Origin: Armatimonadota bacterium
GTDB taxonomy: Bacteria; Armatimonadota; UBA10988
Direction of reading: 5' to 3'
Length of the DNA stretch: 50,655 nt
Assembly: GCA_016235455.1 (NCBI GenBank)
Contig: JACRKZ010000060.1
Location: forward strand, 1-50,655
The first letter of the stretch is position 1, and every line of letters starts with the position of its first letter. The notes under the pieces are model-generated. The model ran no database searches. It was not told where the DNA came from and saw nothing but the letters and a program-made list of their open reading frames with translations. The translations under genes were made by a program, and so were the position numbers. Of the stretch, positions 35,922 to 47,000 are shown in pieces.

Positions 35922-38900
35922 ATGTCCGCCGACACCTCTCGACGTGAGTTCCTGGGCGCCAGCGCCGCGGTCATCCCCCTGGCGGCGCTGGCCAGCGGCC
36001 AACCCGCCTACGCCCAGAGCGCACTGCCCGCCGACAATCACCTGGTACCCGAGGACAAGGGACTCCGGCCCGAGTGGGTGCGCGGCCTGCGCGCCAAAGG
36101 CCAGCCGGAGTGGTATCGCGGCGATGAACTGGACCGGATCGGCATGCCGTGCGGCGGCATCGGCTGCGGCCAGCTCTATCTGCGGGGCGATGGCTCGCTG
36201 ACCTCCTGGCGGATCTTCAACCGACCCACGGGCCCACAGCCCGACGTCGAGCAAGGCTTCGCACTGCTCATCACCGGCCGCGACGGCACCGTCGCTCGCC
36301 CGCTGGCCCGGCGCGGGTTCGACGGCGTCACCTTCCGCGGCGAGTATCCCATCGGCCGCGTGCGCTACCTCGACTGGAACGCGCCCGTGCGCGTCGAGAT
36401 GAGTGTCTGGTCGCCGTTCATCCCGTTGGCCGCCAACGACAGCAACCTGCCCGCCACCGTGTTCGAGATCGAGGTGGAGAACACCTCGAACCAGCCGGTC
36501 ACCGTGGCCACCGCGGGTTGGCTGGAGAATGCCGTCGGCCTCAACACCGGGCCCGTTCACGCCGGCCGTGCCGGCCGCGTGACGCGCGTCGCGGTCGAGC
36601 GCGGACGCACGCTGATCAGCCATGCCGGCGAACTCCTGACTGGCCCGGCCGTGGCTGACCCGCGGCCGGCACGGGTCCTGGCCGACTTCGAAGGCGCCGA
36701 CTACGGCGACTGGAAGGCCGAAGGCGAAGCCTTCGGCGCCCGGCCCGCGCGCGGCACGCTCCAGGGCCAGCAGCCGGTGACCGGCTTCGAGGGCAAAGGC
36801 CTGGTCAACAGTTTCCTGGGCGGCGACGGCCCCCAGGGCCGGCTCACCTCGCCCGATTTCGTCATCGACCGCACGCACCTCAACTTCCAGATCGGCGGCG
36901 GCGCCAACCCCGGTCAGACCTGCATCAACCTGGTGGTCGGCGACAAGGTCGTGCGCACGGCCGCGGGCCGCAACGAGGAGCAGTTGCTCTGGCAGACCTG
37001 GGACATCAAGGAGTTCGCGGGCAAGACGGGACGCATCGAGATCCTCGACCGCGCTGACGGGCCCTGGGGCCACATCAACGTCGACCAGATCGAGTTGGCC
37101 GACGTGCCGCGCGTCGGGGCGCCGCCGTTCCCCGAATGCGAGGACTACGGCACCTTCACACTGGCCTGCGCCGAAGCCGGCCGCGCCGCGACCGCCAGTG
37201 ACCTGGCGCAAGTGCCGCTGCCGCTGACCGGCGCCGACGCCAAGTGGGCCGCGCCCGAACGGCGGGCCGGTGCCGTGGTTGGCCCGGACACCACCCTGGC
37301 GCCGGGCGCCAGGCATACCTTCGTGTGGGTGCTGGCCTGGCACTTCCCCAATGCCGGCGCGGGCATGGGTGGCAACGGCCACTACTACGCCGCGCGGTTC
37401 GCCGACGCGCCGGCGGTGGCGCATCACGTGCTGGACAACCATGCCCGACTGAGCCGCGACACGCGGCTGTGGCGGGACACCTACTACGACAGCAGCCTGC
37501 CCTGGTGGCTGCTCGACCGGCTGCACTCCACGCTGTCCTATCTGGCCACGGGCACCTGCCGCTGGTTCAAGAACGGCCGCTTCTGGGCCTGGGAAGGCGT
37601 GAACTGCTGCGAGGGCACCTGCACCCATGTGTGGAACTACGCCCATGGCCAGGCGCGGCTGTTCCCCGAGATCGAGCGCATCGTGCGCCGGCAGCAGGAC
37701 TATGGCGCGGCCTACGACGAGGCCAGCGGCCTGGTCGGCTTCCGCGGCAACCGCGCCTACGCCGCCGACGGCCAGTGCGGCACCACGCTCAAGGCCTACC
37801 GCGAGCACCTCATGTCCGCGGACAAGAGCTTCCTGGGCGAGCTCTGGCCCAAGATCAAGCACGCGCTCGAGTTCTCCATGGGCCACGACGGCAACGACGA
37901 CGGGCTCATCGAAGACAGCCAGCACAACACCTACGACATCAACTTCGAGGGGCCGAACACCTTCGTCGGCGCGCTCTACCTGGCCGCCTTGCGCGCCGGC
38001 GAGCAGATGGCGCGCGAGGTGGGCGACGCGGCCTTCGCCGACCGCTGTAAGCGCGTCTTCGAGGCGGGCCGCCGGCTGAGCATGGAGCGGCTGTACAACG
38101 GCGAGTACTTCATCCAGCAGGTCGACCTGAAGAAGCATCCGCGCTTCCAGTACGCCGACGGCTGTCTGGCCGACCAGCTGTTCGGCCAGGGCTGGGCACA
38201 TCATGTCGGGCTCGGCTACCTCTACCCGGCCGACGCGGTCAAGTCGGGCCTGAAGGCGGTGTTCAAGTACAACTATGCGCCCGACATCGGCCCCCAGACC
38301 CGCGCCCATCCGCCGGGCCGCTGGTTCATCGGCAATGGCGAGCCGGGCCTGCTCATCTGCACCTGGCCCAAGAGCCGGCATCTGGGTGAGAACGCGGTGC
38401 TCTACCGCGACGAGGTGTGGACCGGCATCGAGTATCAGGTGGCCGGCCACATGGTCTGGGAAGACCAGATCGACGAGGCGCTCACCGTCTGCCGCGCCAT
38501 CCATGACCGTTATCAGCCCACCAAGCGCAACCCCTACAACGAGATCGAGTGTGGCGACCACTACTCGCGCGCGCTGGCTTCGTGGGGCGTCTACACGGCG
38601 TTGTGCGGGTACGACTACCACGGGCCCGCCGGTCGCCTGACCATGATGCCCAAGATCACGCCCGAAGCCTTCCGCGCCGCCTTCACCGCGGCCGAGGGCT
38701 GGGGCACGTTCGAGCAGACGCGCGGCGCGGGCACGCAGAACAGCCGCATCATCCTGCGCTATGGCCAACTCACGCTCAACGAACTGACCCTGAGTGCGCT
38801 GCCTGGCGGCAAGCCGGCCGAGGTCAAGCTGGGCGGCACGGTCGTGGCCGCCAAGGCGACCTCCGCCGACGGACGACTGGCCCTGACCTTCGACAAGCCG

Positions 38901-38942
38901 TTGACCATCAAGGCCGGCCAGGAACTGCAGGTGATTCAGTAG
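35922..38942 (+). CDS. Tat-exported GH116 family glycosidase with an inserted beta-sandwich module
   Basis: Tat motif SRREFL. IGMPCGGIGCG, F.GEYPIG, SPFIP...DSNLP, WEG..CC.GTCTHVWNYA, ADGQCG, HNTYD, GCLADQL.GQ, EVWTGIEY, RNPYNEIECG.HY.RA.ASW. Confidence 0.9.
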   Translation: MSADTSRREFLGASAAVIPLAALASGQPAYAQSALPADNHLVPEDKGLRPEWVRGLRAKGQPEWYRGDELDRIGMPCGGIGCGQLYLRGDGSLTSWRIFNRPTGPQPDVEQGFALLITGRDGTVARPLARRGFDGVTFRGEYPIGRVRYLDWNAPVRVEMSVWSPFIPLAANDSNLPATVFEIEVENTSNQPVTVATAGWLENAVGLNTGPVHAGRAGRVTRVAVERGRTLISHAGELLTGPAVADPRPARVLADFEGADYGDWKAEGEAFGARPARGTLQGQQPVTGFEGKGLVNSFLGGDGPQGRLTSPDFVIDRTHLNFQIGGGANPGQTCINLVVGDKVVRTAAGRNEEQLLWQTWDIKEFAGKTGRIEILDRADGPWGHINVDQIELADVPRVGAPPFPECEDYGTFTLACAEAGRAATASDLAQVPLPLTGADAKWAAPERRAGAVVGPDTTLAPGARHTFVWVLAWHFPNAGAGMGGNGHYYAARFADAPAVAHHVLDNHARLSRDTRLWRDTYYDSSLPWWLLDRLHSTLSYLATGTCRWFKNGRFWAWEGVNCCEGTCTHVWNYAHGQARLFPEIERIVRRQQDYGAAYDEASGLVGFRGNRAYAADGQCGTTLKAYREHLMSADKSFLGELWPKIKHALEFSMGHDGNDDGLIEDSQHNTYDINFEGPNTFVGALYLAALRAGEQMAREVGDAAFADRCKRVFEAGRRLSMERLYNGEYFIQQVDLKKHPRFQYADGCLADQLFGQGWAHHVGLGYLYPADAVKSGLKAVFKYNYAPDIGPQTRAHPPGRWFIGNGEPGLLICTWPKSRHLGENAVLYRDEVWTGIEYQVAGHMVWEDQIDEALTVCRAIHDRYQPTKRNPYNEIECGDHYSRALASWGVYTALCGYDYHGPAGRLTMMPKITPEAFRAAFTAAEGWGTFEQTRGAGTQNSRIILRYGQLTLNELTLSALPGGKPAEVKLGGTVVAAKATSADGRLALTFDKPLTIKAGQELQVIQ

Positions 38943-38960
38943 CGCACCATACTGATCGCC

Positions 38961-39031
38961 GGCTAGGGTATCGGCCGCAGCCGGCCGATACCCATGTAGC
39001 CGTGCCGCGGCGAGCCCTCGCGGTCGGCACG
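38961..39031 (+). other. Two adjacent hairpins (terminator of GH116 or structured 5' leader of the next gene)
   Basis: GGGTATCGGCC/GGCCGATACCC (38966-38993) and CGTGCCG/CGGCACG (39001-39031). A CATACT -10-like hexamer lies at 38948-38953. Confidence 0.4.
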
Positions 39032-39046
39032 CCACGGAGCAGGTAC

Positions 39047-40069
39047 ATGCCGCTGCGGGTGCGATGGAGTCGAGTGCTGGTCGTGGTCCTGGGGCTGGTG
39101 GCGGCCGCCGTGGCCCGCGACCGTGGCGACGCGGGCCAGGCCGGCGGGTCGCTGCGCATCCAGATCCTGCCGAGCAGCGCGGCGCGAGCCGGCGGCGCGG
39201 CCGTCGTCGACATGGGCGCGGAACGGTATGGCGATGGTGCGGTGGTGCGCGGCCTGTCCGCCGGACGGCACGGCGTGCACTTTGTGGCCATCGACGGCTA
39301 TGCCGCGCCCGACGACCAGCGCATCTCGATGACCGGCACCGAGGACCTGACCGTGGTGGGCAAGTACGTGCCGACCACCGGCCATGGCGCGCTGCATGTC
39401 GTGCTCACCCCGGCAGCCGCTGGTGCCGGAGCCAGGTGGACGGTCGACGCGGACACGACGTCGCACGCCGGCGGGGAGACGCTGGTACGGCTGCCAGCCG
39501 GCAACCACACGGTGCACTTCGCCGCGCTGCCCGGCTACGTTACGCCGCCCGGAGAGACGGTGACCGTCATGCCCAACGAGCTGGCCGAGGTCGCCGCCAA
39601 CTACGTGGCAGCCAACGGCACGGGCGATGTGCGCGTGACACTGGGTCCAGCCCAGGTGGTGGGGGCTGGCTGGCACCTGGACGATGGGCCGGCCACCCAG
39701 GCCAGCGACGCCATTCTGGCCGGTGTCGCGCCTGGGGAGCACACCGTGTCGTTCGCCCCAGTCACGGGCTGGGTGCCGCCGGCCGTGATGACAGTCACGG
39801 TGGCCGCGGGCCGCACCACGTCCGCCACGGCCACCTACACCTCGGCGGCGGCCATCTCGTTCGCCACGGTGGTGCGCCCGCTGGCGCAAGCGTCGTGCCG
39901 CTGCCATGGCAGCACGATGACCTCGCGCGCCAAACTGCTGGCAGACCGCTACGTGGTGCCCGGCCGCGCCGAGGCCAGCCCCTATGTGACCGAGAAGGCC
40001 ATGCAGCCCAAGTGGGGCGCCGACCGCCAGAAGGTGGTCGATTGGATCAACAGCGGCGCCAACCCCTAG
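39047..40069 (+). CDS. Exported protein with three PEGA-like beta repeats and a C-terminal planctomycete-type cytochrome c-like module (CxCH)
   Basis: GGAG RBS, signal sequence. Three ~80-aa repeats containing G.H.V.F..(I/L/V).G(Y/W)..P. C-terminus ISFATVVRPLAQASCRCHG...VVPGRAEAS...M...DWINSGA. Confidence 0.7.
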   Translation: MPLRVRWSRVLVVVLGLVAAAVARDRGDAGQAGGSLRIQILPSSAARAGGAAVVDMGAERYGDGAVVRGLSAGRHGVHFVAIDGYAAPDDQRISMTGTEDLTVVGKYVPTTGHGALHVVLTPAAAGAGARWTVDADTTSHAGGETLVRLPAGNHTVHFAALPGYVTPPGETVTVMPNELAEVAANYVAANGTGDVRVTLGPAQVVGAGWHLDDGPATQASDAILAGVAPGEHTVSFAPVTGWVPPAVMTVTVAAGRTTSATATYTSAAAISFATVVRPLAQASCRCHGSTMTSRAKLLADRYVVPGRAEASPYVTEKAMQPKWGADRQKVVDWINSGANP

Positions 40070-40096
40070 CGACTCGCAGGCGGCCGCCAAACCACG

Positions 40097-40135
40097 CGAC
40101 GGCGCCGCTCCGAGGAGCGACGCCGTCGTGCTTTC
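40097..40135. terminator. Intrinsic terminator-like hairpin between convergent genes
   Basis: CGACGGCGCCGCTC-CGAG-GAGCGACGCCGTCG followed by TGCTTTC. Confidence 0.65.
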
Positions 40136-40164
40136 GATCCGTGACTGTCAGTCGCCGCGGCGAG

Positions 40165-41769
<1,605 letters not shown>

Positions 41770-41810
41770 GTTGCCCTCCTCCAGTGGCTTATCCCTCACC
41801 TGAACCTTTC

Positions 41811-41838
41811 AGTATACGGAGGAACCCACGGATGGCAA
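41811..41838 (-). promoter_or_regulatory. Sigma70-type promoter for pckA
   Basis: Minus strand TTGCCA-N16-TATACT. Confidence 0.6.
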
Positions 41839-41892
41839 GATCCTTTCCCTCAACCCTCGCAACAATCGGATCGCTCAACTAGCGCCGCGGCC

Positions 41893-41936
41893 AAAACTGG
41901 ACTCGGCCCGGTTTCTCTAGGAGAAACCGGGCCGAG
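41893..41936 (-). terminator. Rho-independent terminator of the epimerase gene
   Basis: Perfect 16-bp stem CTCGGCCCGGTTTCTC-TAG-GAGAAACCGGGCCGAG, followed on the minus strand by TCCAGTTTT. Confidence 0.8.
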
Positions 41937-41968
41937 CAAAGGTGCGCATCAAGCCTCGCGGCCGGAGC

Positions 41969-43048
41969 TCAGAGGTACAGCGCCCGCAGCAGATCCTCGT
42001 TGTCCTTGACCCAGGCGATGATGCGGTCGTAGCCCTCTTCGACCGACACCTTCGGGGCCCAGCCGGTGGCCGCGGTGACGGGTCGAATGTCGCTCAGGTA
42101 GATGCAGTGATCGGCCTTGCGCGGGTCTTCCTCATAGACCACCGGCACCGTGGTGCCGAACTTGCGCTCCATGAGCGCGGTGGCCTCGCGCAGGCTGAGG
42201 CTGATGTCCTTGCCGCCGCCCACGTTGAACACACTGCCGGCCAGTTTGTCCAGCTGGTTGATCTCGATTTCGACGAGTCGGCAGATGTCCTCGATGAACA
42301 GAGCATCGCGCACCTGCTTGCCTTCCCAGCCGATGTACTTGAGCGGCAGGCCGAAGTGGAAGGCGATAGCCCACCAGGCCACCCAGCCCTGGGCGCTCTT
42401 GCCGAACTGGCCTTCGCCCGCCAGGCACGAGAAGCGGTTGACGATGGTGCGCACACCGAACGCGTCGTACCACTCCTGGCAGGCCAGATCGGACATGATC
42501 TTGGACAGGCCGTAGATGCTGTGATCCTTGCCGTCCACGGTGAAGGCGGCGCTGAAACCCTCCACCGGGTCGAACCCCGCGGGCAGGTTGTCGCCCCACT
42601 GCGCGGCGATGGCCTCCTGGTCCCAGGTCCAGCGCAGGTCGCCCTCGATCATCGGGAACTGGTTGATGTGCACGCCGGCGTAGGTCTTGTTGGTGCTCCA
42701 GAAGATCAGGCCCGCGCCGATACGGCGGGCGAACTCGAGCACGTTGAGCAGGCCGAGCGTGTTGTTGTTGATGTCGAACAGCGGGTTGCCGTAGCCGTCG
42801 ATGGCCGAGGGCTGCGCGCACGTCTCGCAAATGACATCGAAATCCTGGGGCAGGCCCACCAGATCCTCGGCGCAGCGCACGTCACCGTGCACGAAGCGGA
42901 TGCCCTTGGCCTTCAGCCGGGGCAGGTTCAGCTCCGAACCGCGCCGCACCAGGTTGTCCAGGACGGTCACCTGGTGACCGCGCTCGGTCAGGTAGAACGC
43001 CAGATTGGCGCCCACGAAACCCGCGCCGCCCGTGATCAGCACTTTCAT
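41969..43048 (-). CDS. NAD-dependent epimerase/dehydratase, CDP-paratose 2-epimerase (RfbE)-like
   Basis: LITGGAGFVG, STNK.Y, YGLSK (YxxxK), QGWV.W, GKQVRD.L.I.D, FNVGGG...SLSL.E. Confidence 0.85.
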   Translation of the reverse strand: MKVLITGGAGFVGANLAFYLTERGHQVTVLDNLVRRGSELNLPRLKAKGIRFVHGDVRCAEDLVGLPQDFDVICETCAQPSAIDGYGNPLFDINNNTLGLLNVLEFARRIGAGLIFWSTNKTYAGVHINQFPMIEGDLRWTWDQEAIAAQWGDNLPAGFDPVEGFSAAFTVDGKDHSIYGLSKIMSDLACQEWYDAFGVRTIVNRFSCLAGEGQFGKSAQGWVAWWAIAFHFGLPLKYIGWEGKQVRDALFIEDICRLVEIEINQLDKLAGSVFNVGGGKDISLSLREATALMERKFGTTVPVVYEEDPRKADHCIYLSDIRPVTAATGWAPKVSVEEGYDRIIAWVKDNEDLLRALYL

Positions 43049-43107
43049 CGTCGCTACCCTCCACCAAACCCGGCCTGGCTCAATTGGCCGGCGCTACAAT
43101 GGTGCCC

Positions 43108-43908
43108 ATGTCGTCACCACTGCTACAAATCGACGGCGCCACGCTCGTCAAGGGCGCCGGTGCGGTTATCCTCGACAACCTCAGCCTATCGGTCGCGCAC
43201 GGCGAACACCTGGCGCTCCTGGGCGCCAACGGTTCGGGCAAGACCTCGCTCATTGGCCTATTGACCCGCCGCGAGTGGCCTTTGTTGCGGCCCGACCGCC
43301 AACCGGTTGTGCGCCTCTTTGGCGAAGCCACCTGGGACGTCCACGAACTGCGACGTCTGATGGGCATTGTGACGCCCGAAATGGACCGCGACTTTGTCGC
43401 CGAACGCTGCACCGCGCGTGAAGCCGTGCTCTCCGGCTTCTTCGCCGCGCGTGGCCTGTGGCGCCGCGACATCACCCCGGCCATGGAGTCCGCCACCACG
43501 GCCGCCCTGGCGCGACTCGACGTGAGCCACCTGGCCGACCGCCGGCTGGACACCATGAGCACGGGCGAGGTGCGCCGCATCCTTATCGCCCGCGCCCTGG
43601 TCCACCGGCCGCCGGCGCTGCTGCTCGACGAGCCCACCGCCGGCCTCGACCTGGTCTGCCGACGTGCCTTCTTGAATCTACTGCGCCAACTCGCCGATGA
43701 CACAACGATCTTGCTGGTCACCCACCATGTGGAGGAGATCCTGCCCGAAATGCAGCGCGTCGTGCTGCTGCGCGCTGGCCGACTGGTGTTCGATGGCCCC
43801 AAGACCGAGGCGCTGAGCAACCACCGCTTGGCGGCGGCCTTCGGGTCTGATATCGTTGTCACTCAGCGTGATGGTTGGTACCAGGCCGCCGTCGGCGGCG
43901 GTGACTGA
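43108..43908 (+). CDS. ABC transporter ATP-binding protein (ModF-like), no adjacent permease
   Basis: GANGSGKT, signature MSTGE.RR, LLLDEP..GLD, VTHH.EE. Confidence 0.9.
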   Translation: MSSPLLQIDGATLVKGAGAVILDNLSLSVAHGEHLALLGANGSGKTSLIGLLTRREWPLLRPDRQPVVRLFGEATWDVHELRRLMGIVTPEMDRDFVAERCTAREAVLSGFFAARGLWRRDITPAMESATTAALARLDVSHLADRRLDTMSTGEVRRILIARALVHRPPALLLDEPTAGLDLVCRRAFLNLLRQLADDTTILLVTHHVEEILPEMQRVVLLRAGRLVFDGPKTEALSNHRLAAAFGSDIVVTQRDGWYQAAVGGGD

Positions 43909-44008
43909 CCGGGTGCTGGCTGGGGCCGCTACCCCTTGCCGCACCGGCGGGGTGACGTCGGCGCCTCTGGCCGCCTACCACGCCCCGGTTACAGCGAGGA
44001 GACCCGCG

Positions 44009-47000
44009 ATGTTGTGCGCTTCGTTGGTGTTGCTGGCGGCGCTGCAGTTGGGCGCCGAGGACTTGGCCGATCCGTCGCGACTGCCCAAACCGCCGGCCAA
44101 CTCGCCGGGCTTCCCCTCGCGCTCAGCCGAACTCGACGCGCTGCCGGGCTTCCAGACCCCGCCGCCGGGCTACGGCGAGGTTCCTTACTGGTGGTGGACC
44201 GGCGACAAGCTCGATGTGGCGCGCATGACCGAGCAGATCGAGCAACTCGCGGCCAAGGGCATCTCCGGCGTGCAGGTCAACTACGCGCACGGCGACGTGG
44301 CCCCCTGGCTGACCTACCCAGCCGACCCGCCCATCTTCTCCGACGCCTGGTGGCAGGCCTGGCGCCAGGTGGCCGAGGTCTGCGCCAAGCACAACATGGG
44401 CATCGGCATCAGCGGCTATACCATCGACTGGCCCAACCAGCCGGGCAATCTTTTTGGTCAACTTCTGTACAAGGATGCCGAGACCTGGGGCTGCGAGCTC
44501 GGACAGCCGACGCGAGTCGACGTGGCCGCGGGGCAGACCCTCAGTCGGGACCTGCCGGCCGAGGGCATCGGCGTGTGGGCCTATCGCACCGGGCCGGGCG
44601 GTCTGACGCGCGCCACGGACCTGGCGACGGCGGTGAAGGACGGTAAGCTGACCTGGACCGCGCCGGCCGAAGGGCCGTGGCAGGTATGGATCTACACGGC
44701 CGCCAAGCGACCTAACACCTACAACCCGATCCATCCCGAGTCGGGACGGCGCGTCATCGACCGCTTCTTCGCGCCGTTCGAGCAGCACAATGGCGGCAAG
44801 TCAGCGGGGCTCAACTTCTTCTTCCAGGACGAGTTGATTTTCGGTGTCGGCGACCACCAATGGACCACCGACCTGCCCGCGGAGTTCGCCCGGCGCAAGG
44901 GCTATCCGCTGTTCGAGGCGCTACCCGGCCTGTGGGGCGCGCTGGGTGACCGCAATCCCAAGGCGCGCATGGACTACGCCGACGTGCGCACCGCGCTGGC
45001 CGAGGAGCGCTACTTCAAGCCGATCTTCGACTGGCACTGGCAGCGGGGCATGATCTACGCCTGCGATCCCGGCAGCCGCGGCCGCAATCCCGGCGAGTTC
45101 GGCGACTACATGCGCGCCAACCGCTGGTACACCGGCGACTACATGCGCGCCAACCGCTGGTACACCGCGCCCGGCCACGACACGCCCGGCGGCTCCGGCG
45201 ACCCGATCAAGGGCAAGGTCTCCAGCTCCATCGCCCATCTCTACCAGCGCCCGCGCGTCTGGCTGGAGGGCTATCACAGCCTCGGCTGGCAGGCCAACCC
45301 GGCCACCCTCATGCACGCCACGCGTGAGAACTTCCTGTATGGCTGCACGCTGCTCAACCTACACGGGCTGTACTACAGCACGTATGGCAGCTTCTGGGAA
45401 TGGGCGCCGCCCTGCTACCACTTCCGCATGCCCTACTGGGAGCACATGCGCACGTTTCTGTCGTACTTCGACCGGCTGTCGTATCTGCTGAGCCAGGGCG
45501 TGCACCGCTGCGACGTGGCCATGGTCTATCCCGTGGCCGCCCATGAGGCCGAGATGGACGCCGGGGGCGCCACGAACACCGCCTTCGATACCGGCGAGAA
45601 GCTGATCCGCGCCGGCATCGACTTCGATTTTGTGGACCACCAATCGCTCGAACGCGCCGTGGTCCGAGACGGCCGCCTGGAAGTCTCGGGCGAGTCCTAC
45701 AGTTGCCTGCTGCTGCCGGCCATGCGCGCCGTGCGCTGGTCGACCATCCAGAAGGCGCTCGAACTGCAGCGGGCGGGCGGCACGGTCATCGCCATCGGCG
45801 CGCTGCCCGAGGCCAGCGACCGCGCCGGCGCCAACGACCCCGAACTCAAGGCGGCGCTGGCCGAGCTGTTCGGCAAGCCTGGCGAGGTCAAGCAGGACAA
45901 GGGGCGCGGCCTCTTCGCCGCGCCGACCGCGGTCGGCAGCCGCCGCTATGAGGGCGGGTTCGAGGGCCGCTTCGCCTGGACCACCGAGACCAACCACGAC
46001 GCCTGGTTCAAGGGCGTCTACCACGGTCCGGCCGGCAAGGCGCGCGTGCGGTTCTTGTGCGACAACGCGGGCAAGCTGTTCCGCGACGGCAAGCAGTTGT
46101 GCGAGGGCGCCAACTACAGCCAGGGCTGGACCGGCGAGGTGGACCTGCGCGACGGCGCCGTGCTCACCATCGACGCCTACGACGAGGATGGCGCGCCGAA
46201 CAAGGCCGGTATGTACCTAGCGCTCGTGCGCGACGGCAAGACCTTCTTCTCGACGGCCGATCTGAAGTGCACCGCTACCAGGCCGGCGGGCGACGCCTGG
46301 CGCACCGACGCCGCGCTCGACGGCTGGCACAATGTCGACTTCGCCAACGTGCATGAGGCGCACCTCGGCACCGCCAACACGCCCATCGAGCAGGTGATGA
46401 AGCTACTGCCGCGCGACTGGCGTGGCGAGAAGACCGTGCGCGGCCTGCACCGCCGTGTCGGCCCGCGCGACGTCTACTTCCTCATGGACGCCGCCCCGTC
46501 GAGCGAGATCACCTTCTCGGTCCAGGGCCGGCCCGAGCTGTGGGACCCGTGGACCGGCGACACCAGTCCGCTGACCGTCACCGCGGCCGATGCCCAGGGC
46601 ACCAAGGTGCAATTGCCCGCGGAGATCGAGGACGCGGTGGTGGTGACCTTCTCTCCGGGCCAGCCCGCGGTCACCGCGGCCCAGCCGCCCCCAGCGGCGC
46701 GGCAGGCGGTCGAGGTGGCCGGCGACTGGGGCTTTGAGCTCCGGCCGACGCTCGACAACAAGTGGGGCGACTTCCGGCTGCCCGTGGTCGACAAGACCCT
46801 CGGCGCCGAGGCGCGCATCTTCCGCTATGCCGAAGAGACGGCCGCCGACCCCGGCTGGCAGGCGCCCGGCTTCGACGACTCCCGGTGGCCCAGTGTGACC
46901 CACGGCTTCGGCCAGCAGCTCTGGGTGCTGGGCCCGGTGCCCAACACCGCCGAGCTCGACGGCGTGCTGACCGGGCTGCGCGCGGTCAAAGCCGGCGATA

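Noticed and set aside
35847-39035. 1062-aa minus-strand ORF, and similar long ORFs at 28601-31546(-), 7778-10714(+), 17238-19760(-), 39064-41673(+), 1222-2916(+)
   Set aside because: Antisense shadows of well-supported genes. High-GC codon bias suppresses stops on the opposite strand, and the translations have no recognisable motifs.
45101-45166. 33-bp repeat considered as a possible CRISPR repeat
   Set aside because: Two abutting copies with no spacer, in frame within a CDS, and no cas genes.
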